DNA from: a phage
Sequence record: PZ179883.1
DNA length: 64,000 nt
Direction: 5' to 3' (one strand)
Positions 18,525 to 26,937 of the stretch are shown here, piece after piece (positions within the stretch are counted from its first letter, which is position 1; every line of letters starts with the position of its first letter). The translations under genes and the position numbers were made by a program. The notes below the pieces were generated by a model, which made no database searches, had not been told where the DNA came from, and saw only the letters and a program-made list of their open reading frames with translations.

Positions 18525-19412
18525 TTAAGATTTAAGTAAATCAACGATTTTAATTAATTTTTCACGCTCAGATTTAGCTTTACTACTCAATCCAGATAGT
18601 CTGAAAATTTCATCATCATATTGCTGAATAGAAATATTTAGCTCTTCAATCTGCTTATTAAAATAAGCAATTTGTTCAGAATGTTTTTCATTACTGCGAA
18701 CTGGTACAGGTTTTGTAGGTAATTTAGTTGAACTGGATTCATCTGGGCGATAAATTAAAATACAACTTGAACCGATAGGGCATTTTGCACCAGATGAATA
18801 TTCTAATGTTCCAGCTTCTTTTAAAACTTCAAAAGCTAAACAGAGATGATGCCCCATATTAACATAATCTGTAGAGCGAGCTCTGATGTAATAATCATCT
18901 CCACGAGTACTAAATTTAAAGCATTTAAGGTCTTCTGTATTATTGGTCTTAAAAATCATTTGTTTATCTAGACCTTTAGCTAATCGAGCGCCTAATGCTA
19001 ATAATCGTCGTTGATTTTCCCACAAATCCGCTATCATTTGGTCAAATGATAATTTCGGCATTAGTCGACCATAAAGGTCATATCCTTTATTATAATTGCG
19101 AAGGATTTCACTCGCATTAATACGAGACAACGCTCCAATTTTATTAAGGGCTTTCATGATGCGATTAGATAAACCCATTCCAGATCCGTTTGTTCGTTGC
19201 AAATGTTTATCTAATCCAAACCCAATATCAACTTTAAATTTATCTAAAATTTCAGCATGAACATCTCTGTCAATAACATTCAAATCCAAAGTTGGGTTAA
19301 ATCTATGAAAAAATTTATCTGGCTCTCCACGACGAAGTACAGTCCATTCATTTAATTTTTTATTAACTAAAGATTTAATTACTGCATTGACATTATTAAT
19401 TACTACTGACAT
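18525..19412 (-). CDS. coiled-coil-tailed paralog family member 4 (295 aa)
   Basis: ATG verified; RRLLALGARLAKG motif; C-terminal coiled coil. Confidence 0.55.
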   Translation of the reverse strand: MSVVINNVNAVIKSLVNKKLNEWTVLRRGEPDKFFHRFNPTLDLNVIDRDVHAEILDKFKVDIGFGLDKHLQRTNGSGMGLSNRIMKALNKIGALSRINASEILRNYNKGYDLYGRLMPKLSFDQMIADLWENQRRLLALGARLAKGLDKQMIFKTNNTEDLKCFKFSTRGDDYYIRARSTDYVNMGHHLCLAFEVLKEAGTLEYSSGAKCPIGSSCILIYRPDESSSTKLPTKPVPVRSNEKHSEQIAYFNKQIEELNISIQQYDDEIFRLSGLSSKAKSEREKLIKIVDLLKS

Positions 19413-19423
19413 ATTTTTCTCAC

Positions 19424-19828
19424 TTAATTTTCAATTTTACTAAATACACAGAATATGATGGAAAAGACTATATAAGCACCGCATACAGATTGAACTAATA
19501 CCATTCCAAAGAACCAAACAATATTATCAAACAATGTCTGTTTTACGTCGAAAGGACGTAAACTTACAGTAATATTATCACCTTTTTCTATTGAAGAATA
19601 CATCTCTGGGGAAATATATTCACTAAATCTATAACCGTCTTTGAGTTCATATACAGCAATAAACGATAAACTAGACCCCTTTCCTTGAGTTCCTGTAATA
19701 GTATTAACTACAGTAACATCATAATCTTTATAATGCATATAATCATTAATAGCATAATAACCATATGCAACTACTACACATAAACAACATATCAATAAAT
19801 TCAATCTTTTAATTATCAACTGTTTCAT
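19424..19828 (-). CDS. membrane protein (134 aa, two hydrophobic helices)
   Basis: N-terminal LLICCLCVVVAYGYYAI and C-terminal FFGMVLVQSVCGAYIVFSIIFCVF. Confidence 0.5.
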   Translation of the reverse strand: MKQLIIKRLNLLICCLCVVVAYGYYAINDYMHYKDYDVTVVNTITGTQGKGSSLSFIAVYELKDGYRFSEYISPEMYSSIEKGDNITVSLRPFDVKQTLFDNIVWFFGMVLVQSVCGAYIVFSIIFCVFSKIEN

Positions 19829-19883
19829 AATAATCTCAATTAAAAGGGCTTAGAACCATTATACCATCCTTGGTATAAAGCGG

Positions 19884-20411
19884 TTATGCGAGTACCGTCT
19901 TTAACCGTTCTTCAAACTTCCGAAGAGTATTTTGGCGTTCAGCTCTTTGCTTTTTGTAAGTTTCAATACGCTCTGAAATGAGAGAGTATCGTTCATTTAC
20001 TGATTCTTTCATAAAATCAGGAATTTCACGAGAAGCTTTAATCTCGTCAAATTTATCAATAACAGCTTGCTCTTCAGCAATTAAGTTATCATACATTAAA
20101 ATATCTTTCTTGATGAACTCAATATCTTCTTGAGTTACACGAGACATTTTAGATGCTTTATCCTTTTTGTACTGTTCGTTAGTATCACGAGACCAGTGTA
20201 ATGTACGATTTTTATTCGTATTCTTGTAAATTTCTACAATACCGATCTCATCAATAATAACGATCCAATTCCAACGGGATTTGTAAATTTGTCCTCCATC
20301 AACAGTGATTTCACCTCCGATTGAGATGTCGTTAAAGAACTTGCTTTGCGCTTCAGATTTAAATTTGCCATCGTTGTAATTTACCAAGTTGAAAATATCT
20401 TTAGCGTTCAT
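19884..20411 (-). CDS. hypothetical protein (175 aa)
   Basis: ATG 20409-20411 with GGAGGAA RBS directly downstream of early promoter. Confidence 0.55.
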   Translation of the reverse strand: MNAKDIFNLVNYNDGKFKSEAQSKFFNDISIGGEITVDGGQIYKSRWNWIVIIDEIGIVEIYKNTNKNRTLHWSRDTNEQYKKDKASKMSRVTQEDIEFIKKDILMYDNLIAEEQAVIDKFDEIKASREIPDFMKESVNERYSLISERIETYKKQRAERQNTLRKFEERLKTVLA

Positions 20412-20439
20412 TTTCTGTTCCTCCGTAGTTGATAGTTGT

Positions 20440-20469
20440 ATAGTACCACAGAGGAACAGTCTTGTAAAC
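20440..20469 (-). promoter_or_regulatory. early promoter (GTTTAC, 18 nt, TGGTACTAT)
   Basis: GTTTAC 20464-20469, TACTAT 20440-20445; upstream of ATG 20411. Confidence 0.6.
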
Positions 20470-20471
20470 CA

Positions 20472-20786
20472 CTAAAAGAAACTTCTTTCACAATTTTTTC
20501 CACTGAACCATGCGCTTACTGCTTTCTTAGTCTCAGGAGCAGTGTTATCCATAAACCATTCAAAGGCAGCCTTTTTATGATTCTGGAGGGCTTCTCGGGC
20601 TTTAATCTGCTCACGGTCTATTAACACTAACATATGAGCCTTTCTTGTCACCATGGGCTTCTTATGATTTTTTGAATACTCCCAGTCATTTGTCCATCGC
20701 ATTGTCGTTGCGAATTGAAATACAGCTTCTTTAATCTTAGTTTCGTAAATTTCACGAGCCTTTGAGTATAACATCATTACCTCCAT
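20472..20786 (-). CDS. hypothetical protein (104 aa)
   Basis: Track ORF. Confidence 0.45.
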   Translation of the reverse strand: MEVMMLYSKAREIYETKIKEAVFQFATTMRWTNDWEYSKNHKKPMVTRKAHMLVLIDREQIKAREALQNHKKAAFEWFMDNTAPETKKAVSAWFSGKNCERSFF

Positions 20787-20876
20787 TCACCAGTTTAATT
20801 CTAGTCATCTTTTTGATGGCAGTCCATATAATCTATTTCTGAACTGCCTTTTTGTCTTAGAAGGCCTCTTATGAAT

Positions 20877-21845
20877 TTATTTCAGAAGAGTAACCTCAGC
20901 GATTTCTTGCCAACCGTTTTTGTCGGTCATAATAAAGTCAGCAAGATAAAGAGCAGTACGCAGTGAAACATTGCGTAAACGATTAACATTGACTTTCATC
21001 CATGATAATGCTTTATAAGTTTCTTCATCAGAAAGACCGCGCTTTTGCATCATGTCAGTTGAAAGAATAACATCTTCAACCCTGACCATAATTTCTTCAT
21101 TAGTGTGAACACCCAAATCCAAATAAACTGAGCGGGACACCAATGCTTGTAAGTGTGGGGCAAGTTTAGTACCACGGTCTAATTCGCGGTCAATGTCAAC
21201 GTTTGTGATAAAAACAATCGTTCCTTTAAATTCAAACTCACGGTCAATGCCTTTTTCTTCTAAGTAAGAAGATGCAGTGCTCCAGCAGACTTTACGGGTC
21301 TCTCCAGTGTCCAGAGCAGCTTTTAGAAGATTAAGAATGTCCATATCAGAGAAAACATCCACATCATCAATCAAAAGGACGGAATTCTCTTCACGATTAT
21401 TCCAAAGCTGTTCATAAAGACCAATACCAGAGATTTTACCATTAATGCTTTTATATTCAATGTATCCATTATCATTTGCTTTATTTAAAGCTTTATCTAA
21501 AGAATACGTTTTACCAATACCTGCTGCGCCAGAGATAATTAATGAACGAATATTTCCATTAATAATACCGTTCGTCATCATTCCCATAACATTAAATCTT
21601 TTATTAATGCGGGTTTTCATATCTTCATATGATTCTTTAACTTCTTCAACTTTTACACCATCATATGAAATATCTGATTTGTAAACCCAAACACCGCGAC
21701 GTTTACCGTCAATTTCAACAAAAACTTTACCATCTCCTTGTGCATCTACCGGAGCATTATCTGGGAACCATTCACCTAAGAGCTCAAAAGTTCCAGAGAT
21801 TTCTTTACCGAAGTAGATACCCTTATTGATAGTTACAGTTTTCAT
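20877..21845 (-). CDS. AAA+/P-loop ATPase-like protein
   Basis: From ATG 21843-21845 (track start is GTG): Walker A GAAGIGKT, Walker B VLLIDDVD, sensor FITN; GGAGAA RBS. Confidence 0.6.
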   Translation of the reverse strand: MKTVTINKGIYFGKEISGTFELLGEWFPDNAPVDAQGDGKVFVEIDGKRRGVWVYKSDISYDGVKVEEVKESYEDMKTRINKRFNVMGMMTNGIINGNIRSLIISGAAGIGKTYSLDKALNKANDNGYIEYKSINGKISGIGLYEQLWNNREENSVLLIDDVDVFSDMDILNLLKAALDTGETRKVCWSTASSYLEEKGIDREFEFKGTIVFITNVDIDRELDRGTKLAPHLQALVSRSVYLDLGVHTNEEIMVRVEDVILSTDMMQKRGLSDEETYKALSWMKVNVNRLRNVSLRTALYLADFIMTDKNGWQEIAEVTLLK

Positions 21846-21881
21846 TTTATTCTCCAATTTCACATTTGTTTTGATAGGGTA

Positions 21882-21911
21882 ATAGTATCACACTACTACC
21901 CTGCTGTAAAC
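21882..21911 (-). promoter_or_regulatory. early promoter (GTTTAC, 18 nt, TGATACTAT)
   Basis: GTTTAC 21906-21911, TACTAT 21882-21887; GATAGGGTA...TACCCT inverted repeat around -10. Confidence 0.55.
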
Positions 21912-21914
21912 AAT

Positions 21915-22178
21915 TTATTTTAATGTTTGCCAAATTTTTACTGCTTCGCGACGAGATACTTCTACAGCTCCAAGTTCTACAGCTTTTTGGCGTCGCCGAG
22001 CGTGTAAGTCATAATGTTTAATGCGTTTATCTTGAAACCAAGAACGTTTCATTCCTATTGCTTCTGCCATTTCGTGAAGCTCTTCAATATCTCCATCAGT
22101 GAACATATGACAATTTTTAGTTGGATGACCGCGAAGTTTCCATCCATGATTCATTAAAACATCTACGTAAACTGTCAT
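21915..22178 (-). CDS. hypothetical protein (87 aa)
   Basis: Track ORF. Confidence 0.45.
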   Translation of the reverse strand: MTVYVDVLMNHGWKLRGHPTKNCHMFTDGDIEELHEMAEAIGMKRSWFQDKRIKHYDLHARRRQKAVELGAVEVSRREAVKIWQTLK

Positions 22179-22324
22179 TGATTCTTCTCCAAATAAGTTT
22201 CGATAATTTTCTGAGCGAGATAAACTGCATTATCTTCAGTTGCATCTTCTAAGAAACTTTCAAAACACTCTGAAATTTCTTCTGTGTCAATCAACTTTTT
22301 TACTTCAATTGGTGTAATTTTCAT
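22175..22324 (-). CDS. small acidic protein (49 aa)
   Basis: Track ORF 22175-22393 trimmed to ATG 22322-22324; the extension would read through the promoter at 22362-22391. Confidence 0.4.
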   Translation of the reverse strand: MKITPIEVKKLIDTEEISECFESFLEDATEDNAVYLAQKIIETYLEKNQ

Positions 22325-22361
22325 TTTGTTTTTCCGTTTAAGTGTTTGTTTTGATAGTTGT

Positions 22362-22391
22362 ATAGTACCATAAAGCTTTATGCTTGTAAAC
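22362..22391 (-). promoter_or_regulatory. early promoter (GTTTAC, 18 nt, TGGTACTAT)
   Basis: GTTTAC 22386-22391, TACTAT 22362-22367; AAAAATTTTTCACAAAATT upstream element; follows terminator 22416-22440. Confidence 0.6.
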
Positions 22392-22415
22392 AATTTTGTG
22401 AAAAATTTTTGAAAT

Positions 22416-22440
22416 AAAAAAGGGAGCCCGAAGGCTCCCT
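22416..22440 (-). terminator. intrinsic terminator after NTase-fold gene
   Basis: AGGGAGCC-UUCG-GGCUCCCU followed by UUUUUAUUU. Confidence 0.65.
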
Positions 22441-22441
22441 A

Positions 22442-23455
22442 TCATTTATAATAACTTCGGTGGTTTTCAAGATAAACCCTCTCAAGGAAGTCATCCCAAA
22501 AACCCATGTCTACTTTTTGCTGCATACCGTTCTTAGAAGCTTCAGTAGATGCTGCTTCTACTTGATCGACCACATCTTCCAAAAACTCTTGAACCGTTTT
22601 AAATGGATGTTTACCCAACTTCACGTCGAGAATAAATGGAGCATCTTGGAGTGGATAAACCAAGTCACCAGTTTTGTAAATTTCCAATAGTTGAAGTCCA
22701 CCACGACAAGCATGGCTCAGAGCTTTCCAGTCAATGCCTTCGTTGGCTTCGGCCTTACGAGCACGTTCACCGTATTCAGCATCTAATTTGTTCAGTGACT
22801 GCTTAAGCTCAATAAGAGAAAGAGTTGTCTGATATTTACGACCCAACACAGTGTAGAACGTTTGTGGGCCTGTTTTCTCATGATTATGGAACACCCATTC
22901 ACAGAATTCGTTTTCTGGAAGACGATGCTTAATATCTTCAACTTTAGTACGACGCTGCTTAATGGAACCGTCTTCTTGGTAATCAACCCATTGCTCAGGG
23001 ATTTGATTAACTACTTTCAATACATCACGTAATGCTGCCAAACGAGAACCCTTGACACCGTATTTAGAAGCTTGCTTACGGACATATCCTAAATATGATT
23101 TCATGTTAGTCGTATAAAAACGAGAACGGTTGTCTTGAATAAACTTCCACACATCAGGCAAATCAGATTTAACCACTAACTCAGGTGGAGTGTGAAGCAT
23201 ATCTAACGCTACAGTTTCACCATCTGCTGCTAATTTAAAGAAATATTTAAGACTATACAATTCGTGGTCAATATCATCTTTAGTGTTTTTAGATGATGTG
23301 TTGTTAGTGTTTTTACTCATATGCTCTTTAACATTTCCGATAAGAATATCACGAGCAGGAGGAACAAAGATTTCTTTAAAATCTACATCAGATTCTGGGG
23401 TAGAAGTTCCATAAAGATGACTACCAAAATAGCTTTTCATTACTGTTTTCATCAT
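22442..23455 (-). CDS. nucleotidyltransferase-fold protein (337 aa)
   Basis: N-terminal GS-x10-DVD motif (GSHLYGTSTPESDVDF) typical of Pol-beta-like NTases; followed by a terminator. Confidence 0.5.
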   Translation of the reverse strand: MMKTVMKSYFGSHLYGTSTPESDVDFKEIFVPPARDILIGNVKEHMSKNTNNTSSKNTKDDIDHELYSLKYFFKLAADGETVALDMLHTPPELVVKSDLPDVWKFIQDNRSRFYTTNMKSYLGYVRKQASKYGVKGSRLAALRDVLKVVNQIPEQWVDYQEDGSIKQRRTKVEDIKHRLPENEFCEWVFHNHEKTGPQTFYTVLGRKYQTTLSLIELKQSLNKLDAEYGERARKAEANEGIDWKALSHACRGGLQLLEIYKTGDLVYPLQDAPFILDVKLGKHPFKTVQEFLEDVVDQVEAASTEASKNGMQQKVDMGFWDDFLERVYLENHRSYYK

Positions 23456-23913
23456 TCAGCCTTATATTCAATAACAGGACATACTTTAGCTTTACGAGCT
23501 TTTAAAAATTCAACGATAATCGATTTCTTGGGTTGAATAGGAGGTAAACCTTTATACGCCCTATCAATATTTTCTACGTGTAAAGCATAATCCTTTTTCC
23601 ATTTATAATCTTTATATTTTTCACGCAGTTGTGCAGGAATAACAAATGAACCGATAATAAGTAAAACAAGCAAAATGGCAAGTATAAATGCTGATGGAAT
23701 AAGAGTCCATAAACTACCAAAAATAAGCCATTTCTGTATGATTTCTGCGCAGATGATAGTTAGACCTACGAGTATAGTACATCCGAAAAAAGAAACGAAA
23801 AATGTAGGGATAACAATAGACCAAAAGTATGCGCACAGCGTCTTAGGTCGTTGCCATTCATCGTTAAACAATTTGAATAATTTATAGTGCCAAGAGTTTT
23901 CATTAATAATCAT
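23452..23913 (-). CDS. multi-pass membrane protein (153 aa)
   Basis: Several hydrophobic segments; stop overlaps NTase start. Confidence 0.5.
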   Translation of the reverse strand: MIINENSWHYKLFKLFNDEWQRPKTLCAYFWSIVIPTFFVSFFGCTILVGLTIICAEIIQKWLIFGSLWTLIPSAFILAILLVLLIIGSFVIPAQLREKYKDYKWKKDYALHVENIDRAYKGLPPIQPKKSIIVEFLKARKAKVCPVIEYKAE

Positions 23914-23915
23914 AA

Positions 23916-24437
23916 TTATCCTTTCATTGAAGGTGTAACAGTTGTTAAATACTTAATCATAGCTTCAGCTTCTGATTTTGATAATGAAATTTCTTCATTG
24001 TTTTGACGAATAGAAATAAAATCCGGATGACGGTCACCACCGGCTTTTAAAACACACATATAAGTATCAGTTTCATCTTCAATATTTGAAATGATTGAAG
24101 CAGTTCCACACGAATGTGGTTTTTGATAAATCAATACAGCTTTTCTTCCACCATTTGACTGTTCATAAACTTTTAATACATCAAACAAATCACTTCTTTT
24201 ATCAATAGCTAAAATGTTGTTTTCATCTTCAATGTTAAATCCTTCGGATACTTCATAAAGTGTCACCCATAAATCACCTATATCGATAGTAGCATTTTCC
24301 TTTCCATGACTTTCAAGAGCATGACAAATTTTCTTGATTTCGTCATAACTCATTTTAATAATATCATCTCCTTGACTAAGAAAGATGTCATTTTTAAATT
24401 CAACACGAATTAAACCGCTTCCACTTGAAATAAACAT
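23916..24437 (-). CDS. hypothetical protein, tandem paralog A (173 aa)
   Basis: C-terminus EAEAMIKYLTTVTPSMKG resembles neighbour. Confidence 0.5.
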   Translation of the reverse strand: MFISSGSGLIRVEFKNDIFLSQGDDIIKMSYDEIKKICHALESHGKENATIDIGDLWVTLYEVSEGFNIEDENNILAIDKRSDLFDVLKVYEQSNGGRKAVLIYQKPHSCGTASIISNIEDETDTYMCVLKAGGDRHPDFISIRQNNEEISLSKSEAEAMIKYLTTVTPSMKG

Positions 24438-24443
24438 ATTTCC

Positions 24444-25001
24444 TCACTTTGAAATCATAGTTGGAATGACAGAATCAAGATAAGTCTTTAACGCAATAGC
24501 TTCGTCTTTGGTAAATGTGACAATATGTGATCGAAAATCGTCAATTTGGCGAATAGTTAAGACATCTCCCTCTTCATAACATTTTGATACATTTAAAAGA
24601 GTTTCATCATTCTGATTGCAAGCGTTAGTAATAATAGCATTGCAATTTTTGAGCCATTTTAAACTATGTTTTCTTTCATTAGAATAATAAAAATATTTAA
24701 TCTTATCTATAAAACTATCCCAATGGATAACTGATAAACACATTGACTCACTTTTAATATTAAATCCTGGGCATGAAGAATAAAAATGAATTTTGTGCTC
24801 ATCATTGATGCTTACTATTTTATCAGTATAAGGATATTCAATTTGGGTTAAATGAATGATTTCACTAGGCGTAAAATATAGCATATCGTCTTCTTGTGTC
24901 AAACGATACATATTATTTACTTTTTCTATAGCTAATTCACCAAAAAGCGGACTAACTTCTAATACTAATCGTTTCATATTGATTCTCTTCGACTCACCCA
25001 C
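24444..25001 (-). CDS. hypothetical protein, tandem paralog B (185 aa)
   Basis: C-terminus DEAIALKTYLDSVIPTMISK resembles neighbour. Confidence 0.5.
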   Translation of the reverse strand: MGESKRINMKRLVLEVSPLFGELAIEKVNNMYRLTQEDDMLYFTPSEIIHLTQIEYPYTDKIVSINDEHKIHFYSSCPGFNIKSESMCLSVIHWDSFIDKIKYFYYSNERKHSLKWLKNCNAIITNACNQNDETLLNVSKCYEEGDVLTIRQIDDFRSHIVTFTKDEAIALKTYLDSVIPTMISK

Positions 25002-25113
25002 AATTACATACTCCTTTGAATAATATCAATAATGTTGTTCACCAGATTATAAGTAAACATTGGATAATTATATTGAATCATCACATACACAACAAACAAA
25101 ACTTTCATTCTCT

Positions 25114-25149
25114 TCTCCTTGGCAGTTGACAAGATTACTATATCATAAT
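25114..25149. repeat. 14 bp perfect inverted repeat with 8 bp spacer
   Basis: AGTTGACAAGATTA - CTATATCA - TAATCTTGTCAACT. Confidence 0.8.
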
Positions 25150-25156
25150 CTTGTCA
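25127..25156 (-). promoter_or_regulatory. candidate early promoter overlapped by a 14 bp inverted repeat
   Basis: GTTTAC 25151-25156, TATAGT 25127-25132; inverted repeat AGTTGACAAGATTA/TAATCTTGTCAACT at 25114-25149 spans the -10 and spacer. Confidence 0.4.
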
Positions 25157-25167
25157 ACTTGTAAACC

Positions 25168-25341
25168 ATTAAATGACGTTTTCAATAAAATTCTGAAGCT
25201 TTGTGTGAGCATCAACCATAATTTTCATTTCTTCCTTTGCGAAAGCTGTACCTCTTTCCCGAGCAGAATACTCATAGTCAGAAACTGCATTAGCATATTC
25301 TTCAATTAGCTTCATTAAAAACATTTGCTTTTCAGTTTTCA
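25168..25341 (-). CDS. small ORF (57 aa), uncertain
   Basis: ATG 25339-25341 with AGGTGG RBS; below track cut-off; 10 nt overlap with upstream ORF. Confidence 0.3.
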
Positions 25342-25562
25342 TTATTCCACCTAATCATTTCAAGATATTGAACTAACTTAGCTTTGGATTTATCCAAATC
25401 CTTTTTAGCTGCTTCTATACCGTCGTATGAATATCCTTCACAGTGCTCAACTGCCAATTGATATGAATCTATTTCAATATCACGTGCTAATTTAATGATT
25501 TTTTCAAACTGTTCACGTGTTAGCATACTAAACTCTCGTATTATGATCAATAATTTCATCAA
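25332..25562 (-). CDS. hypothetical protein (76 aa)
   Basis: Track ORF. Confidence 0.4.
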   Translation of the reverse strand: MMKLLIIIREFSMLTREQFEKIIKLARDIEIDSYQLAVEHCEGYSYDGIEAAKKDLDKSKAKLVQYLEMIRWNNEN

Positions 25563-25746
25563 GAAACATATCTAACGCTTCTACAGCATTATCAACTTTA
25601 GCTTCAAATTCTTCAATACCTGATAAGGCAAAGTTAATGCGTTCCTCATCTGCTTTGCGAATTAAAGCTATCAATTCCTTAATTTTATCCGCTTGTTCAA
25701 TGCTAGTCATTATTCCACCACATATGAAAGAGAGAATATTGCACAC
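25528..25746 (-). CDS. hypothetical protein (72 aa)
   Basis: Track ORF. Confidence 0.4.
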   Translation of the reverse strand: MCNILSFICGGIMTSIEQADKIKELIALIRKADEERINFALSGIEEFEAKVDNAVEALDMFLDEIIDHNTRV

Positions 25747-25898
25747 GCCATATGAGTTGCAACTTCATCACACATATCATAACGTTTCTTAAGAAGTTCT
25801 ACAAGTTCTTCACTAGTGACTTCATCCATGTCGACGAAAAAATCACCATTAATGATGACGTAGATATTTCCTTCTTGATTGAGTGCTTCAATTTTCAT
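25710..25898 (-). CDS. small acidic protein (62 aa)
   Basis: Track ORF trimmed to ATG 25896-25898 with GAGGAG RBS; TTG extension would span the promoter. Confidence 0.4.
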   Translation of the reverse strand: MKIEALNQEGNIYVIINGDFFVDMDEVTSEELVELLKKRYDMCDEVATHMACAIFSLSYVVE

Positions 25899-25926
25899 GA
25901 TGTTCTCCTCTTTATCCGATAGTTGT

Positions 25927-25956
25927 ATAGTATCACAGCTCAAATGGAAAGTAAAC
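25927..25956 (-). promoter_or_regulatory. early promoter (GTTTAC, 18 nt, TGATACTAT)
   Basis: GTTTAC 25951-25956, TACTAT 25927-25932; follows terminator 25965-25989. Confidence 0.6.
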
Positions 25957-25964
25957 CGGTAAAA

Positions 25965-25989
25965 TGAAAAAAGTCTCCCGAAGGAGACT
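25965..25989 (-). terminator. intrinsic terminator after rI-adjacent gene
   Basis: AGUCUCC-UUCG-GGAGACU followed by UUUUUUCAUUUU. Confidence 0.65.
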
Positions 25990-25993
25990 AATG

Positions 25994-26380
25994 TTATTCG
26001 AGGGAAAGAAGATACTTACTTTGGTAAAACATTCCAGTAATATCATCTATCGTGCTTTGAATGGCTGGAGGCATTTCTTTGTAAATGCTGTTAGATTGGT
26101 CTAGTATACGATCAATCATTTTAATTGTGTCGGTAGGAAGTTTACTGGCATCTGGAATAGAAGGCGTGTATTTTCTACCAGAATACCCCAAATATTGCTC
26201 ACCAAATTTATCAATCAAATCTGGCAACTCAGAGAAAATAAAATCGTATGCTTTGTGTCTAGCATAACTTTTAGTTTCAAAATGCGCAGAATGAAAATAA
26301 GCTTGTGCAGCCATTAATAAACCTAAGTATTCATCTGCCTTTGAAGGTTTTCCACTTTGTGAAAAGTCGCTGAATTTCAT
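25994..26380 (-). CDS. hypothetical protein adjacent to rI (128 aa)
   Basis: Track ORF, stop followed by terminator hairpin. Confidence 0.5.
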   Translation of the reverse strand: MKFSDFSQSGKPSKADEYLGLLMAAQAYFHSAHFETKSYARHKAYDFIFSELPDLIDKFGEQYLGYSGRKYTPSIPDASKLPTDTIKMIDRILDQSNSIYKEMPPAIQSTIDDITGMFYQSKYLLSLE

Positions 26381-26670
26381 TCAGTCTCCAATTTAATGTT
26401 CATAATTCTAGCGTATGATTGTGCCATCTCCGCGCCTCGCTCTATACATTCAAAATCGGAAGAGCACGGGTCATTTTTATAAGTCGTTCGCATAAAACTA
26501 TAGAACTGTTCAGATGATTCTACGCTTTTATTTTCAAAAAGCATATAAACGTGTCTAATACCAGATTCCATAAATTTATCAAAATGAGGATCGACATTCG
26601 CTTCAATTGGTGGAGATAAAGCAAACGCTAATCCTAGCATGGCAAATAGTGCCGTTGCTTTTAAGGCCAT
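26377..26670 (-). CDS. rI: lysis inhibition regulator rI
   Basis: 97 aa with N-terminal signal-anchor MALKATALFAMLGLAFALSPP; matches recalled T4 rI. Confidence 0.8.
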   Translation of the reverse strand: MALKATALFAMLGLAFALSPPIEANVDPHFDKFMESGIRHVYMLFENKSVESSEQFYSFMRTTYKNDPCSSDFECIERGAEMAQSYARIMNIKLETE

Positions 26671-26682
26671 AAAGGCCTCCTA

Positions 26683-26895
26683 TCATTTTTGTCCTGTATT
26701 TACTTTATGCCGATGCACGGCCTTAACTTTATCAAGGTATTTTTCAAAATTTCGCAATCTAGTATAGTCTGCCGGAGATTGGTTGAGTGATACTTCTCGA
26801 CGCAAAGCTGAAATGATATTTCCAACTTCCCTACGAATTTCATCTAATTGAAGAACAGTAAGATTGCGAAGTTGCTTTTCAGTTAATTGTAGCAT
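26683..26895 (-). CDS. hypothetical protein (70 aa)
   Basis: Track ORF between rI and tk, late-promoter box upstream. Confidence 0.45.
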
Positions 26896-26920
26896 ATATA
26901 CCCCTTTAGTTAGATAAACC

Positions 26921-26928
26921 TATTTATA
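26921..26928 (-). promoter_or_regulatory. late promoter box TATAAATA (minus strand)
   Basis: Exact TATAAATA 26 nt upstream of ATG 26895, between tk and the rI cluster. Confidence 0.5.
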
Positions 26929-26937
26929 ACTTTTGCA

